This document shows positions 23,166 through 32,873 of a stretch of 64,000 bases of DNA, in pieces. A program made the position numbers and the translations under genes. The stretch comes from Nitrospirota bacterium (GTDB lineage: Bacteria; Nitrospirota; UBA9217), in NCBI GenBank assembly GCA_029858565.1, contig JAOUEV010000001.1, forward strand, positions 64,001 through 128,000. Reading direction: 5' to 3'. The stretch's first letter is position 1. Each line of letters starts with the position of its first letter. A model generated the notes under the pieces. It did not search any database. It saw only the letters and a program-made list of their open reading frames with translations, and had not been told where the DNA came from.

Positions 23166-23414
23166 GTGAAAGCGACGATCATCCTCATTGGTAATTCCAG
23201 GGCCATCAAAATTCCCAAGGCGGTCCTGGAGCAGTGTCATATCGACAAAGAGGCGATTATGGAAATAGAAAAAGGGGCAATCATCATTAAACCGGCAAAG
23301 AAGGAAGCGCGGACCGGATGGGATGAGTCATTCAAGGAAATACGACGGTTCAAAGAGGATAACCTTCTTGTCTCCGGCAATGTCGACTCGGATTTTAAGG
23401 AGTGGGCATGGTAG
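23166..23414 (+). CDS. AbrB/MazE-family antitoxin
   Basis: GTG after GGAGGT; IGNSRAIKIPKAVLEQC..R.GW..F..EWAW. Upstream TTGATA..TATAAT. Confidence 0.82.
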   Translation: MKATIILIGNSRAIKIPKAVLEQCHIDKEAIMEIEKGAIIIKPAKKEARTGWDESFKEIRRFKEDNLLVSGNVDSDFKEWAW

Positions 23415-23450
23415 TCCAGCAGTACGACATCGTTCTCATCAACTTCGATA
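23408..23450 (+). pseudogene. MazF/PemK toxin N-terminal remnant
   Basis: MVVQQYDIVLINFD overlaps the antitoxin end and then breaks off. Confidence 0.6.
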
Positions 23451-23462
23451 AGGATACTTGCC

Positions 23463-23963
23463 ATGCAATCACTCGAATATAAGAACGCCTTTCTGTATGT
23501 CATTATCAGGCCGGAAGACGGAGCCGTCCCGGGCAGGTACATTTTCTATAGCGGTATTAATACGAAATGGTTCTGCAGGCTTGCCTGGAAAAAAGCCGGC
23601 ATCTGCTCCAACCCGGCTGTCCGGGGGATCCAGCTGCTCCGCACGCATGTGTCCGAATTCGTCGCCAAGCAGGGCATGATTGCCGATAAAGCGGACGGCA
23701 TCGAAGCATTTGCCATTGATCGCGGCGACGGATGGTGGAATGAGAATCCGCTCAGAATCGAAGGGGCTTCAGCTGAAAAAGTACGCGAACTGCTCGAATT
23801 CAGCGTCATGGACCTGGTGAAGACCGTGCTGGTCGTCTGCGTTCCCGGCGTCCAGGTTCCCGCGGGCTTTCTGGACCAGGCAGCGATGCAGAAGTTCCTC
23901 GAGTCGCTGTCGGTGGCCGAGGAGCGCGAGCGGGTGATGGCTTTTGAAAAGGAAAACTGTTGA
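23463..23963 (+). CDS. hypothetical protein
   Basis: 166-aa ORF with plausible codon usage; AAGGA upstream. Confidence 0.55.
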   Translation: MQSLEYKNAFLYVIIRPEDGAVPGRYIFYSGINTKWFCRLAWKKAGICSNPAVRGIQLLRTHVSEFVAKQGMIADKADGIEAFAIDRGDGWWNENPLRIEGASAEKVRELLEFSVMDLVKTVLVVCVPGVQVPAGFLDQAAMQKFLESLSVAEERERVMAFEKENC

Positions 23964-24058
23964 GAAATGCCGAATAGGGAGTGCTTGTAGTTAAGAAATT
24001 CAAGCAAGTAAGAGATTGCTTCGTCGCTTTCGCTCTTCATCAACGGAGGACAAACCAT

Positions 24059-24469
24059 ATGCCAAGACTTTCCGACATCAAGTTCAAGGCCGTGATCCTC
24101 GGCGCTGTTGTGGACAACATGGGCACCCTGGTGATCATGTCGGTCCTGGCGGCATTGCTCGTGAAAACAGGTTTGTCCGAGGACGAGGTCATGGCCAGGC
24201 TCAGGAGCACGAACGGACTTCTCCTGGGGCTGATCCTCGGCATGGGCTGCACGCTCGGAGGCTCCTACCTGGCCGGCAGGATGGCGGCCAGGGCCGAGGT
24301 ACTGCACGGAGCGCTGGTCGCGGTGATCGGCACGGTGCTTTCAATGGTCTTCCATGAGAGCGGCACCCCGCTCTGGTTCGATATCGCCGGTTTTACCTTC
24401 ATCCTTCCCGCGGGCATGGCCGGCGGGTATCTGGCGCGGAAGCATCGTATCGCTCCTCCGGCAGCGTAG
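24059..24469 (+). CDS. 4-TM membrane protein, paralog of 15069-15482
   Basis: GGAGGA RBS; colinear similarity with 15069-15482. Confidence 0.75.
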   Translation: MPRLSDIKFKAVILGAVVDNMGTLVIMSVLAALLVKTGLSEDEVMARLRSTNGLLLGLILGMGCTLGGSYLAGRMAARAEVLHGALVAVIGTVLSMVFHESGTPLWFDIAGFTFILPAGMAGGYLARKHRIAPPAA

Positions 24470-24593
24470 GGCCGGTCTGCCGTACCGTTCCTTCCCCCTG
24501 CCAATCAGCGTGCGCCGCTCAGGAGGTTGTCGTTGACAGCGAACGGCCAATTCCCTTATCATAAGCCCTCGGAATGAGTCCCAAAGGAATCCC

Positions 24594-25700
24594 ATGACGA
24601 ACAGATCCCTTGATGAACAATACATGGACCTGGCCCTGCAGCTGGCCGCGAAAGCCAAAGGCAGGACGAGCCCGAACCCCCTGGTCGGCGCGGTGGTGGT
24701 GAAGAACGGCAAGGTGATCGCCAGCGGCTGGCACCAAAAAGCGGGGGAACCCCACGCCGAGGCGATCGCGCTCAGGAAAGCGGGAAAAGCGGCACAGGGC
24801 GCCACGCTCTATGTGACGCTCGAACCGTGCTCGCACACGAACAAGCGCACGCCGCCCTGCGCACCGCTGGTGATCACGAGCGGAGTGAAGCGCGTTGTGG
24901 TAGCCATGATCGATCCCAATCCCCAGGTGTCCGGCGGAGGACTGAAGGCGATCAAGCGAGCGGGCATCAAGGTCACGACCGGCGTGCTCAAGGACGAGGC
25001 GGAGAAGCTGAACGAGGCCTTTGTCAAGCGCATGGCGACCGGCCTGCCTTTCGTGACCATGAAGATCGCCCAGACCCTTGACGGCAAGATCGCGACGGCA
25101 AAAGGCGAGTCCAAGTGGATAACCGGACCTGACGCGCGCGAGGCCGGCCACTATTTGCGCGACACTCATGACGCGATCCTCGTTGGCATCAATACCGTGC
25201 TGAAGGACGATCCGAGCCTCACCACGCGCATTCCCGGCGGCCGTGACCCGATCCGGGTGGTCGTGGACAGTTCGCTGCGGATCCCGATGAAAGCGAAGAT
25301 CATCACGCAGCGTTCCTCCGCCAGAACGATCGTTGCCACGGTCGACGGCGCTTCGGAAAGCAAGCTCCGGAAGCTCGAAGCAGCGGGTGTCGAGGTCGTT
25401 ATCACGAGGGCGGCTCAGGGCAGGGTGGACCTCAAGGACCTGATGAAGAAGCTCGGTATGAGAAGCATCATGTCCCTCCTGATCGAGGGCGGGGCCGAGG
25501 TCCATGCATCAGCGCTCAAGGCTGGGATCGTGGACAAGGCCGTGATCTTCATCGCGCCGATGCTCATGACCGGCAAAGACTCGCTCTGCTCCATCGGCGG
25601 CAGATCGCCGGCCAAACTTGCTCAAGCGGTCAAGTTCAGCGAGGCTGAGGTGGATACGGTCGGCGATGACCTGATGGTGGAAGGGTACATTCAGCGATAA
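24594..25700 (+). CDS. ribD: riboflavin biosynthesis deaminase/reductase
   Basis: SPNPLVGAV, PHAE, TLEPCSH..TPPC, LDGKIA..SKWIT, IEGG. Confidence 0.97.
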   Translation: MTNRSLDEQYMDLALQLAAKAKGRTSPNPLVGAVVVKNGKVIASGWHQKAGEPHAEAIALRKAGKAAQGATLYVTLEPCSHTNKRTPPCAPLVITSGVKRVVVAMIDPNPQVSGGGLKAIKRAGIKVTTGVLKDEAEKLNEAFVKRMATGLPFVTMKIAQTLDGKIATAKGESKWITGPDAREAGHYLRDTHDAILVGINTVLKDDPSLTTRIPGGRDPIRVVVDSSLRIPMKAKIITQRSSARTIVATVDGASESKLRKLEAAGVEVVITRAAQGRVDLKDLMKKLGMRSIMSLLIEGGAEVHASALKAGIVDKAVIFIAPMLMTGKDSLCSIGGRSPAKLAQAVKFSEAEVDTVGDDLMVEGYIQR

Positions 25701-25766
25701 GCAATAAGTTGTAAGGGGTAAGTAAAGCAGGAGCACTGTATTCCTCCCATTCGTACTTTACAAATC

Positions 25767-26444
25767 ATGCATCCCACTGTTCACGATATCAAAGAAGCCC
25801 TCAAAAGCAACGCCATCACCCACGTCCTGCTCGACATGGATGGCACGCTCCTGGACAAATACTTTGATGACTACTTCTGGGAGCATCTGGTGCCGGAGAA
25901 ATACGCGGACAAGCACAAGATCACCTTCGGGAAAGCAAAGGAAGAACTGCTCAGGAAGTACAAGTCTCACGAAGAGACGCTCAACTGGACGGACATTGAT
26001 TTCTGGTCCCGGGAACTGGGGCTCGAGATCATGGCGCTCAAGGAGCAGATCCGGCACCTTATCGAAATCCATCCCCATGTGGAGGAGTTCCTGGGCCTTA
26101 TGCGTTCAAGGAGGAAGAAGGTCTATATTGCCACGAACGCCCACGACCGGGTGCTGGCCATGAAGATGAAAAAGACCGAACTCGGCAAATATCTCACCGG
26201 AACGATCACGTCAGCTGAGATGGGATATCCCAAGGAGCATCAGGAGTTCTGGCACCGGCTGGAGAAAAAGCTCGGATTCTCCAGGGACTCGGCGCTCTTT
26301 GTGGATGACACGCTCGCGGTGCTCCGGTCCGCGAGGAAGTACGGGATCAAGTACCTTGTGTACAAGGCAAAAGGGAACTCGAAGGTCCCGCCGGGAAAGA
26401 GCGATGAATTCGCCACGGTGATGGATTTCAACGAACTGATGTAA
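25767..26444 (+). CDS. HAD hydrolase, YrfG-like nucleotidase
   Basis: LLDMDGTLLDKYFDDYFW, ATNAH, GYPKE..FW, FVDD. Confidence 0.85.
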   Translation: MHPTVHDIKEALKSNAITHVLLDMDGTLLDKYFDDYFWEHLVPEKYADKHKITFGKAKEELLRKYKSHEETLNWTDIDFWSRELGLEIMALKEQIRHLIEIHPHVEEFLGLMRSRRKKVYIATNAHDRVLAMKMKKTELGKYLTGTITSAEMGYPKEHQEFWHRLEKKLGFSRDSALFVDDTLAVLRSARKYGIKYLVYKAKGNSKVPPGKSDEFATVMDFNELM

Positions 26445-26504
26445 CGCTCGGCATGGTTGAGCGTCAATGGCGCTCAACGCTGTTTCTGGTATACTCAAAT
26501 CACC

Positions 26505-27554
26505 ATGAATCCTTTCCGAAAAAAGACCCTCACGGGAATGTCCCGCACCTGCGGCTGAGCAGCCAAGATCGGTCCGGCGGACCTGTCGGACGTGCTTTCC
26601 TCGATCTGTCCTGTTCATGATCCCAACCTGCTGGTGGGGTTCGACACCAGCGACGACGCGGCGGTCTACCGTCTCACGCCCGAAGTCGCGGTGATCAGCA
26701 CCGTTGACTTCATCACGCCTCCGGTGGACGATCCGGTCTGGTTCGGCAGGATCGCCGCCGCGAACGCCCTTTCCGATGTCTATGCCATGGGCGGCAAACC
26801 CGTGGTCGCGCTGAACCTGGTGATGTTCCCGTCAAAGAAGCTGGACAAGGGACTGCTCAGGGACATGCTGAGCGGCGGATTCGAGAAGGTCCAGGAGTCA
26901 GGCGCCGCCCTGGCTGGGGGGCATTCGGTCGATGACCTGGAGCCCAAGTACGGTTTGGCGGTGACCGGCACGGTCCACCCTGACCGGGTCCTGACGAACT
27001 GCAACGCAAAGCCCGGTGACGCCTTGGTCCTGACCAAACTGCTCGGCACCGGCGTGCTGTTCAATGCCTGTAGATCAAAGAAACTTCCCTATCGCGACCT
27101 GGAGCCCATTCTTCCCAAGGTTGCCGAGCTGAACCGCGCTGCGATCGAGACCGCCCTAACTTTCGAGATCCACTCCTGTACGGACATTACGGGGTTCGGG
27201 TTCCTTGGCCACGCGCTTGAGATGGCGCGCGGGAGCAAGGTCCGGATCGAGGTGGCCTTCGGCAGGCTGCCGGTCCATCCTTATGTGTTCGACATGTACC
27301 GCAAAGGCGAGACTACCGGGAGCAACAAAGCGAACCGGAAGATGGCCCAAGGCTGGTGGGAACAGCAACGAAAGCTTTCTCATCCTGAGCAGGAACTGCT
27401 GTTCGATCCCCAGACATCGGGCGGCCTGCTGTTGTCCCTTCCCGGTCCGCAGGCAGGGGAACTGGTGCAGAAGCTGAAAGAGGCTGGTGTCGAGGACGCA
27501 GTCGTGATCGGTGAGGTGCTCGCGTCCGGGCAGCCGGGCATCGTCATAATCTGA
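26505..27554 (+). CDS. selD: selenide, water dikinase, selenocysteine-containing (UGA at 26556-26558)
   Basis: In-frame MNPFRKKTLTGMSRTCG-U-AAKIGP continuing into DDAAVY..TVDFITP..ANALSDVYAMG..GGHS..DPQTSGGLL. Confidence 0.93.
26571..26583 (+). promoter_or_regulatory. apical hairpin of a putative bacterial SECIS
   Basis: GGTCC-GGC-GGACC, 12 nt after the UGA. Confidence 0.55.
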
Positions 27555-27599
27555 TAATTAGTTCTGTTACTTCCATTCTGTTTCTTTCCGCACGTGTCC

Positions 27600-28190
27600 T
27601 CAACTTCCGATCAGTTTTACCAGCCCCGTTCTGATCATCTTTACCGCGAATGCTGCAAGGATAAGCGCCGCGACCTTGGCAAATGCCCGGGAGCCGTTGA
27701 TGCCTACGGTCCGGATGATCCGGTCGGACAAGGCGAAGATGAGCCAGGCAATGACCAGATTGAGCACGAGGGATATCATCACCGGAAGATACCCATAGGT
27801 GCCGTGGAGCACCATGGTCGTTGTGAGCACGGCCGGACCCGCGATGATCGGCGTTCCCAGGGGTACCACGCCGAAGGTGGGGCTCGGCACCGGTCGTTTT
27901 TCTCCGGCCCGCACGATATCCACGGTAGCGATAATGAGCAGCAAGATGCCACCGGCGATCATGAAGTCTTCGACCAGGATGCCGAGGGCGTCGAAGATCG
28001 CCCTGCCGACCAGCACGAAACCGGCGGTGACGAGGAATGCGGTGACGATGGACTGGCGGACGATCCTCTTGCGTTCCGGCCGCTTCATGCCCTCGGTCAT
28101 TCCCACAAAGATCGGCAGCGTACCCGGAGCGTCCATGGCGACCATGATGGGAATGAAGCATACCAGAAAGCTGTTCACCAGTTCGTTCAT
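27600..28190 (-). CDS. MarC family membrane protein
   Basis: MDAPGTLPIF, F.IAGGILL, VPLGTPIIAGPA.LTT. Confidence 0.9.
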   Translation of the reverse strand: MNELVNSFLVCFIPIMVAMDAPGTLPIFVGMTEGMKRPERKRIVRQSIVTAFLVTAGFVLVGRAIFDALGILVEDFMIAGGILLLIIATVDIVRAGEKRPVPSPTFGVVPLGTPIIAGPAVLTTTMVLHGTYGYLPVMISLVLNLVIAWLIFALSDRIIRTVGINGSRAFAKVAALILAAFAVKMIRTGLVKLIGS

Positions 28191-28469
28191 GAGAGGCCCT
28201 TTTCCCTTCCCGTGGTACTAGTATATAGCAGAAGCCCGGAGCTGTCCAGAAGACATCCCGTTGTTGTCATCCCGTTGTTCCACCTGGGTTCGGCAGTATT
28301 CCGTCGTCCGCGAAACCGGCCCGTTTCACGCGCGCAGGTTGCACAGGTATGCAAATATTATTGTGCGAGAAATGGGAAAGAGTCTTGACATGCCGGAATT
28401 GGGACCATATAATTCATCGGATTTATCGAAATGCCTGCAGGGGCATTTGTTCGCTTCCGGGGGGAATGC

Positions 28470-29144
28470 ATGCGGAAACCGCGGGTCGTGATCTTCGATG
28501 ATGAATCGCTCATCCTCGGCATGTTGCGGGACTACTTCAACATGCGGGGATACGAGGTCCTGTCCTATGCCGAGCCTACGAACGTCTGTCCGCTCTACGG
28601 CAAGGACGGCGACGTGTGCTCCTATTTCGATCCCTGCGCGGATGTCATCCTCACCGATTTCAATATGCCCGGCCTGAACGGCGTAGAACTTCTGGAACAC
28701 CAGCACCGCAAGGGCTGTCCGCTCGACAACAGGAACAAGGCAGTCATGTCCGGTCTCCTCGAAGACCAGTTCCGGCGCAGGATCGAGGAGCGGGGATACC
28801 AATTTCTGCAAAAACCCTTCACCATCTTCAAGCTCTCCGAGTGGCTTTCCCAGTGCGAGCAGCGTATGGACCTGGGCAGACAGCTGGCGACGCGGCGGCA
28901 GGAAGAGCGGTTCGACAGCTTCCGCGAGGTTACGTTCCGGGTCCCGACGCAGGACCGGACCTTCACGGGCGTTGCCGTGAACATCAGCCGATCCGGTCTA
29001 TGCCTCAAGGTCCCTATGCCGCTTCAGCGGGAGGAGACCCTGCATATCGATGCCGGTCACTTCTCAACATGCCGGCAGGCTTCGGTGCGCTGGGTCCAGC
29101 CGGCCGATAACGGTTCCTACCTTGCCGGCCTGCACTGCTGCTGA
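28470..29144 (+). CDS. response regulator receiver + PilZ domain protein
   Basis: VVIFDDE..ILTDFNMPGLNG..MSG..QKPF, then RRQEERF..NISRSG. Confidence 0.85.
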   Translation: MRKPRVVIFDDESLILGMLRDYFNMRGYEVLSYAEPTNVCPLYGKDGDVCSYFDPCADVILTDFNMPGLNGVELLEHQHRKGCPLDNRNKAVMSGLLEDQFRRRIEERGYQFLQKPFTIFKLSEWLSQCEQRMDLGRQLATRRQEERFDSFREVTFRVPTQDRTFTGVAVNISRSGLCLKVPMPLQREETLHIDAGHFSTCRQASVRWVQPADNGSYLAGLHCC

Positions 29145-29319
29145 TCACACAGGATCCTTCCCCTTCCAGGATGTCCTTATTTCTTAATGCGGATTTCCCG
29201 TTAGTTATTCCATGCGATGCCGGGTTTATCAGGTAGAAGGCTGAAGGTTTATGGTTGGGGCCTGAAGACGAAAGGCCGTTTCACAACACGGTCAGTCTTC
29301 AGGCGATATCTGCTGCTCC

Positions 29320-29667
29320 TCAGCAGGTGATGTGGAAGGCGGCAATGACCTTGTCTTTGGAGGTCGCGAGAAGGGTGTTGAACATGTCAACGGCCTTGAC
29401 GGTCTTGTCGACCCGCACTTCAATGCCTTTAGAAGTAAGAAAGTTGCGGATCTGGTCGGGGATGGACATGACGCCTGCGTAACCGGTCCCGATGATCAGG
29501 ATGTCCGGCGCAGCCTGGACGATATCGGCGAACTCGCTGATCTGCGGGCGATGTTCTTCCTCCCGGACCCAGGCGTCCTGGACGCGATCAGGGTAGACGA
29601 TTACATCAGTGGTGAATGTTTTCCCCGCGATGGTTATCTTGCCGAAGGAAAAAGAATCGACTTTCAT
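29320..29667 (-). CDS. Mth938-like (DUF498) protein
   Basis: FSFGKITI..DVIVYPD..PDILIIGTG..AAFHITC. Confidence 0.88.
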   Translation of the reverse strand: MKVDSFSFGKITIAGKTFTTDVIVYPDRVQDAWVREEEHRPQISEFADIVQAAPDILIIGTGYAGVMSIPDQIRNFLTSKGIEVRVDKTVKAVDMFNTLLATSKDKVIAAFHITC

Positions 29668-29929
29668 CCAATCACTCCAAAAGGATAGGATTATCATCAA
29701 AAACAGGCCGGTTGCTCCTGGCCTGCTTGTATTGGCCGATAGTATACCAAAAGATTATAGTTTTATGAACAGGTTTTTTAGGTAATTTTCCCTAACCTCA
29801 AGGTCCGGAACAGCGCAGCGAGGAACGAACGTCCTGTCCAGAGCATGGTGGCAAGCCGTATCTGAGGGTATTCCGGGAGGCAGGAGCCCTGCCATTCGTG
29901 GTATAGTACTGCATAATGGTAGTGAACGC

Positions 29930-30388
29930 ATGAACAGATTACCTCAGCAACCTTCCCGTTTGCCGCATGGAATTCTCCTGGCGGTCATGGGACTTTTTCT
30001 CTGTTGTTCTCCGGCCTGTGCGCCGAAGAAGGCCGGAACGCTTCCGCCGGACCTTTTGCGGAATCTGGTGTGCAGGATCGTCACGTTCACCGATGGACCG
30101 GTACGGTCCATAGAACCGCTGATCGACAGGAATCTGGACACCTTGAGCAACGATCCGGCGGACCAGTCCCTCGGCACGGTGATCCACGATGGGAGAACGC
30201 TTGCGGCACGGGTGCAGCATGTGAGCGTGGCTTTGCCGCGCGAGCGATTCAACGTGGAAGTAACGGTCGATGGCGCGACCTACATCAGGATCAACCACAT
30301 GGACCTCGATATCTATCTTGAAACGACAGTGCAGGGCAGAGTATACGCGCTCCATTGCTTCCCGCCGTTCGCGGAGGTCCGGGACTAG
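29930..30388 (+). CDS. hypothetical lipoprotein
   Basis: Hydrophobic N-terminus ending SPAC. Confidence 0.5.
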   Translation: MNRLPQQPSRLPHGILLAVMGLFLCCSPACAPKKAGTLPPDLLRNLVCRIVTFTDGPVRSIEPLIDRNLDTLSNDPADQSLGTVIHDGRTLAARVQHVSVALPRERFNVEVTVDGATYIRINHMDLDIYLETTVQGRVYALHCFPPFAEVRD

Positions 30389-30390
30389 GC

Positions 30391-31353
30391 ATGGAGAGCG
30401 GAAGTATCATCGGTCCTAATAGGACCTTTGTTCATCATGACGGCGCCCTGGGAGATGTCCTCCTGTCGCTTGCGGTGCTTCGGGAGATCAGGAACAGAAG
30501 TTCGATGCTCCACTTCGCCGGACGGCCCGACATGGGCATCCTTTTCCGCGAATGCGGGCTGGCCGATGAAATATCGCCCGCAGGAGCAGCCAGATACGCG
30601 CCGCTCCACAGCGGCCGGATAGGCAACGACCTCACAGGATTCTTTCGCGCATTCGATCATGCGGTCCTGTTCACGGTTGATCCGTCGGCACAGCTGGGAA
30701 CGTCGCTGTCCTCATACATTCCAGAGACGGCCGTCATCCTAACCATCCCTCCACGCGACAAGAGCATACACGTGTCGGACTTCCGCTCACAGCAGTTCCT
30801 GCAGCTGCACCCCCCGGCGGATGGAAGGCTGCTTCCGGTCCCCCGTGAATATCAGGAACTTGCCGGAGCCTTGCTCGGCCGCCTGGGATATGACGGGTCC
30901 GCGCCGGTGATCGCCGTGCATCCGGGCAGCGGGAGCAGGGAGAAGTCATGGCCGCTCGAGCGGTTTTTCGCTGTGATCGACCGCCTGAGGGCCGCAAATG
31001 ATCCTTTTATGCTTCTGCTGAGCGGCCCGGCAGAAGATGAGGCGCTGAAGGACCGGATCGAGGCGTTCTCGCGGTCCCGGCAGGGCATCGCGCACCTGTC
31101 CGACCCGGACCTGGTCACGGTCGCCGCTCTTTTAAGCGCCAGTGACCTGTTCATCGGGAACGACTCCGGCGCTGGACATCTTGCTGCCGCGGCGGGTTGT
31201 CCGGTCCTGGCGCTTTTCGGTCCGACCGATCCCGTGCTCTGGAGGCCCCGCGGACGCAGGGTCGAGGTTCTTGCTGCTCCGGCACTTGCGGAGATCGAGG
31301 TCTCCCAGGTATATTCACGTGCACTGTCCATGCTTGCGCCGGAGAAATCATGA
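30391..31353 (+). CDS. glycosyltransferase family 9 (heptosyltransferase-like)
   Basis: GALGDVLL, HPGSGS.EKSWP, FIGNDSG.GHLAAA, ALFGPTDP..WRP. Confidence 0.88.
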   Translation: MESGSIIGPNRTFVHHDGALGDVLLSLAVLREIRNRSSMLHFAGRPDMGILFRECGLADEISPAGAARYAPLHSGRIGNDLTGFFRAFDHAVLFTVDPSAQLGTSLSSYIPETAVILTIPPRDKSIHVSDFRSQQFLQLHPPADGRLLPVPREYQELAGALLGRLGYDGSAPVIAVHPGSGSREKSWPLERFFAVIDRLRAANDPFMLLLSGPAEDEALKDRIEAFSRSRQGIAHLSDPDLVTVAALLSASDLFIGNDSGAGHLAAAAGCPVLALFGPTDPVLWRPRGRRVEVLAAPALAEIEVSQVYSRALSMLAPEKS

Positions 31354-31979
31354 GATTCAAGATCGATCTGCACGTTCATACCAGCAACAGCGGTGATAAT
31401 GACGCCGATCCCGAGGAGATGATCGAGCGCGCCATAGCGCGGGGCCTCGACGGCATCGCCATCACGGAGCATTACACCTTTGAGGCCTCGGAGCATGTTG
31501 AAAAGCTGCGCGAGAAATTCCGCGGTGTCATCCTGATCGTCCGGGGCGTGGAATTCTCGGCGCGGGAAGGCCACTGTCTGGTCTTTGGCGTTGATACGGA
31601 CCGACTAGAGCTGAGATCGGCGCCGGCCGCTGATGTCGTACGCGCTGTTTCCGAGCGGGGAGGCGTTGTGATCCCCTCGCACCCCTATCGGAGCGTCAAC
31701 AGCCTGGGGGACCTGGTGAGGCAGCTCCCGGGGATCGTCGGGCTCGAAGGGTACAACGGCGCTAACATGCATGCAATGAACGTGAAGGCCATCGAGACCG
31801 CCGGCACGCTCAACCTCCCCTTTACCGGCGGATCGGACGCCCACAGTCCCGCTGAGGTCGGGTCCTGCTACACCGAATTCGATGTCCCCCTGTCCCAGGA
31901 TTCCTTTCTTGATCACCTGCGCAGCGGCAGTTACCGGGGCGTCGATACCAGGAAAATATCGCGCGCCCTTGTTCTCTAA
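31350..31979 (+). CDS. PHP-domain metallophosphoesterase
   Basis: IDLHVHT, AITEH, GVE..GH, SHPYR, GGSDAH. Confidence 0.9.
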   Translation: MRFKIDLHVHTSNSGDNDADPEEMIERAIARGLDGIAITEHYTFEASEHVEKLREKFRGVILIVRGVEFSAREGHCLVFGVDTDRLELRSAPAADVVRAVSERGGVVIPSHPYRSVNSLGDLVRQLPGIVGLEGYNGANMHAMNVKAIETAGTLNLPFTGGSDAHSPAEVGSCYTEFDVPLSQDSFLDHLRSGSYRGVDTRKISRALVL

Positions 31980-32252
31980 CTTCCACTCCCAAACGAACAG
32001 CGCCTTCCTCGATGACATGAAGCAAGGATGAGTGACAGCGATGACGAGCTAGGCATGCTTGAGTCACTCGTGGACCGGGCCCCGCTGTTCAGCGGCGGAG
32101 GCGGCCAGACCTGAGTGAGACGGGTCCGGTCTTGTCAGCGTGCTGGAAGCGGCCGGTTCGATAGCCGCAGGCGTCCCGGGTTTTGACAGGGGCGCCTTTT
32201 TCTTGTATTATGAACATGCTGCATCATGCACATCGATCCGGAGGAGGATGCT

Positions 32253-32867
32253 ATGAATGTAAAGCCTTTGAATGACTGGGCGGTCATTATCCCGTCTGAA
32301 GCCGCCACCCGGACCGCCGGCGGCATCATCATTCCTGACAGCGCCAAGGAAAAGCCGTCCGAAGGGACCGTGGAGGCCATCGGCCCGGGCGCGCTCGAGG
32401 AAGAGGGGTATGGCAAGAAAAAGAAGGAAAAGAAGGACCGCAAGTTCGTTCCTACTTCGGTAAAGCCCGGCGAGCGGGTCCTGTACGAAGCCTATGCCGG
32501 CCACAAGATGGATGTAGGCGGACGGGAGATCGTGCTCGTGCGCGAACGGAACATCCTCGGCATCATGCCGCACAAGCCGGCGCAGCCCTACGTAGAGCTC
32601 CCGCCGCTCCAGATACCCCATATGACATCGACCGCGGGAACGACCGCGCTGGCGAAGCGCGCTGTTACGTCGGTGATGGTGCCGAAAGCAGGCGCCGGAA
32701 CCCCGGTCAAGACGGGAACAAAGAAAGCCGCGAAGAAATCTGCGAAAACGGCGGCAAAGAAGGCTGTGAAGAAAGCTGCAAAGAAGGCGGTAAAAAAGAC
32801 CGTTAAGAAAGCGGCGGCGAAGCCCAAGAAGAAGACCGCTGCAAAGAAAACGAAGAAGAAACGGTAA
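32253..32867 (+). CDS. groES: GroES-family co-chaperonin with long Lys/Ala-rich C-terminal tail
   Basis: VKPLND..TAGGIIIPDSAKEKPSEGTVEAIGPG..VKPGERVLY..ERNILGI, then KKAAKK repeats. Confidence 0.85.
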   Translation: MNVKPLNDWAVIIPSEAATRTAGGIIIPDSAKEKPSEGTVEAIGPGALEEEGYGKKKKEKKDRKFVPTSVKPGERVLYEAYAGHKMDVGGREIVLVRERNILGIMPHKPAQPYVELPPLQIPHMTSTAGTTALAKRAVTSVMVPKAGAGTPVKTGTKKAAKKSAKTAAKKAVKKAAKKAVKKTVKKAAAKPKKKTAAKKTKKKR

Positions 32868-32873
32868 CAGCGA

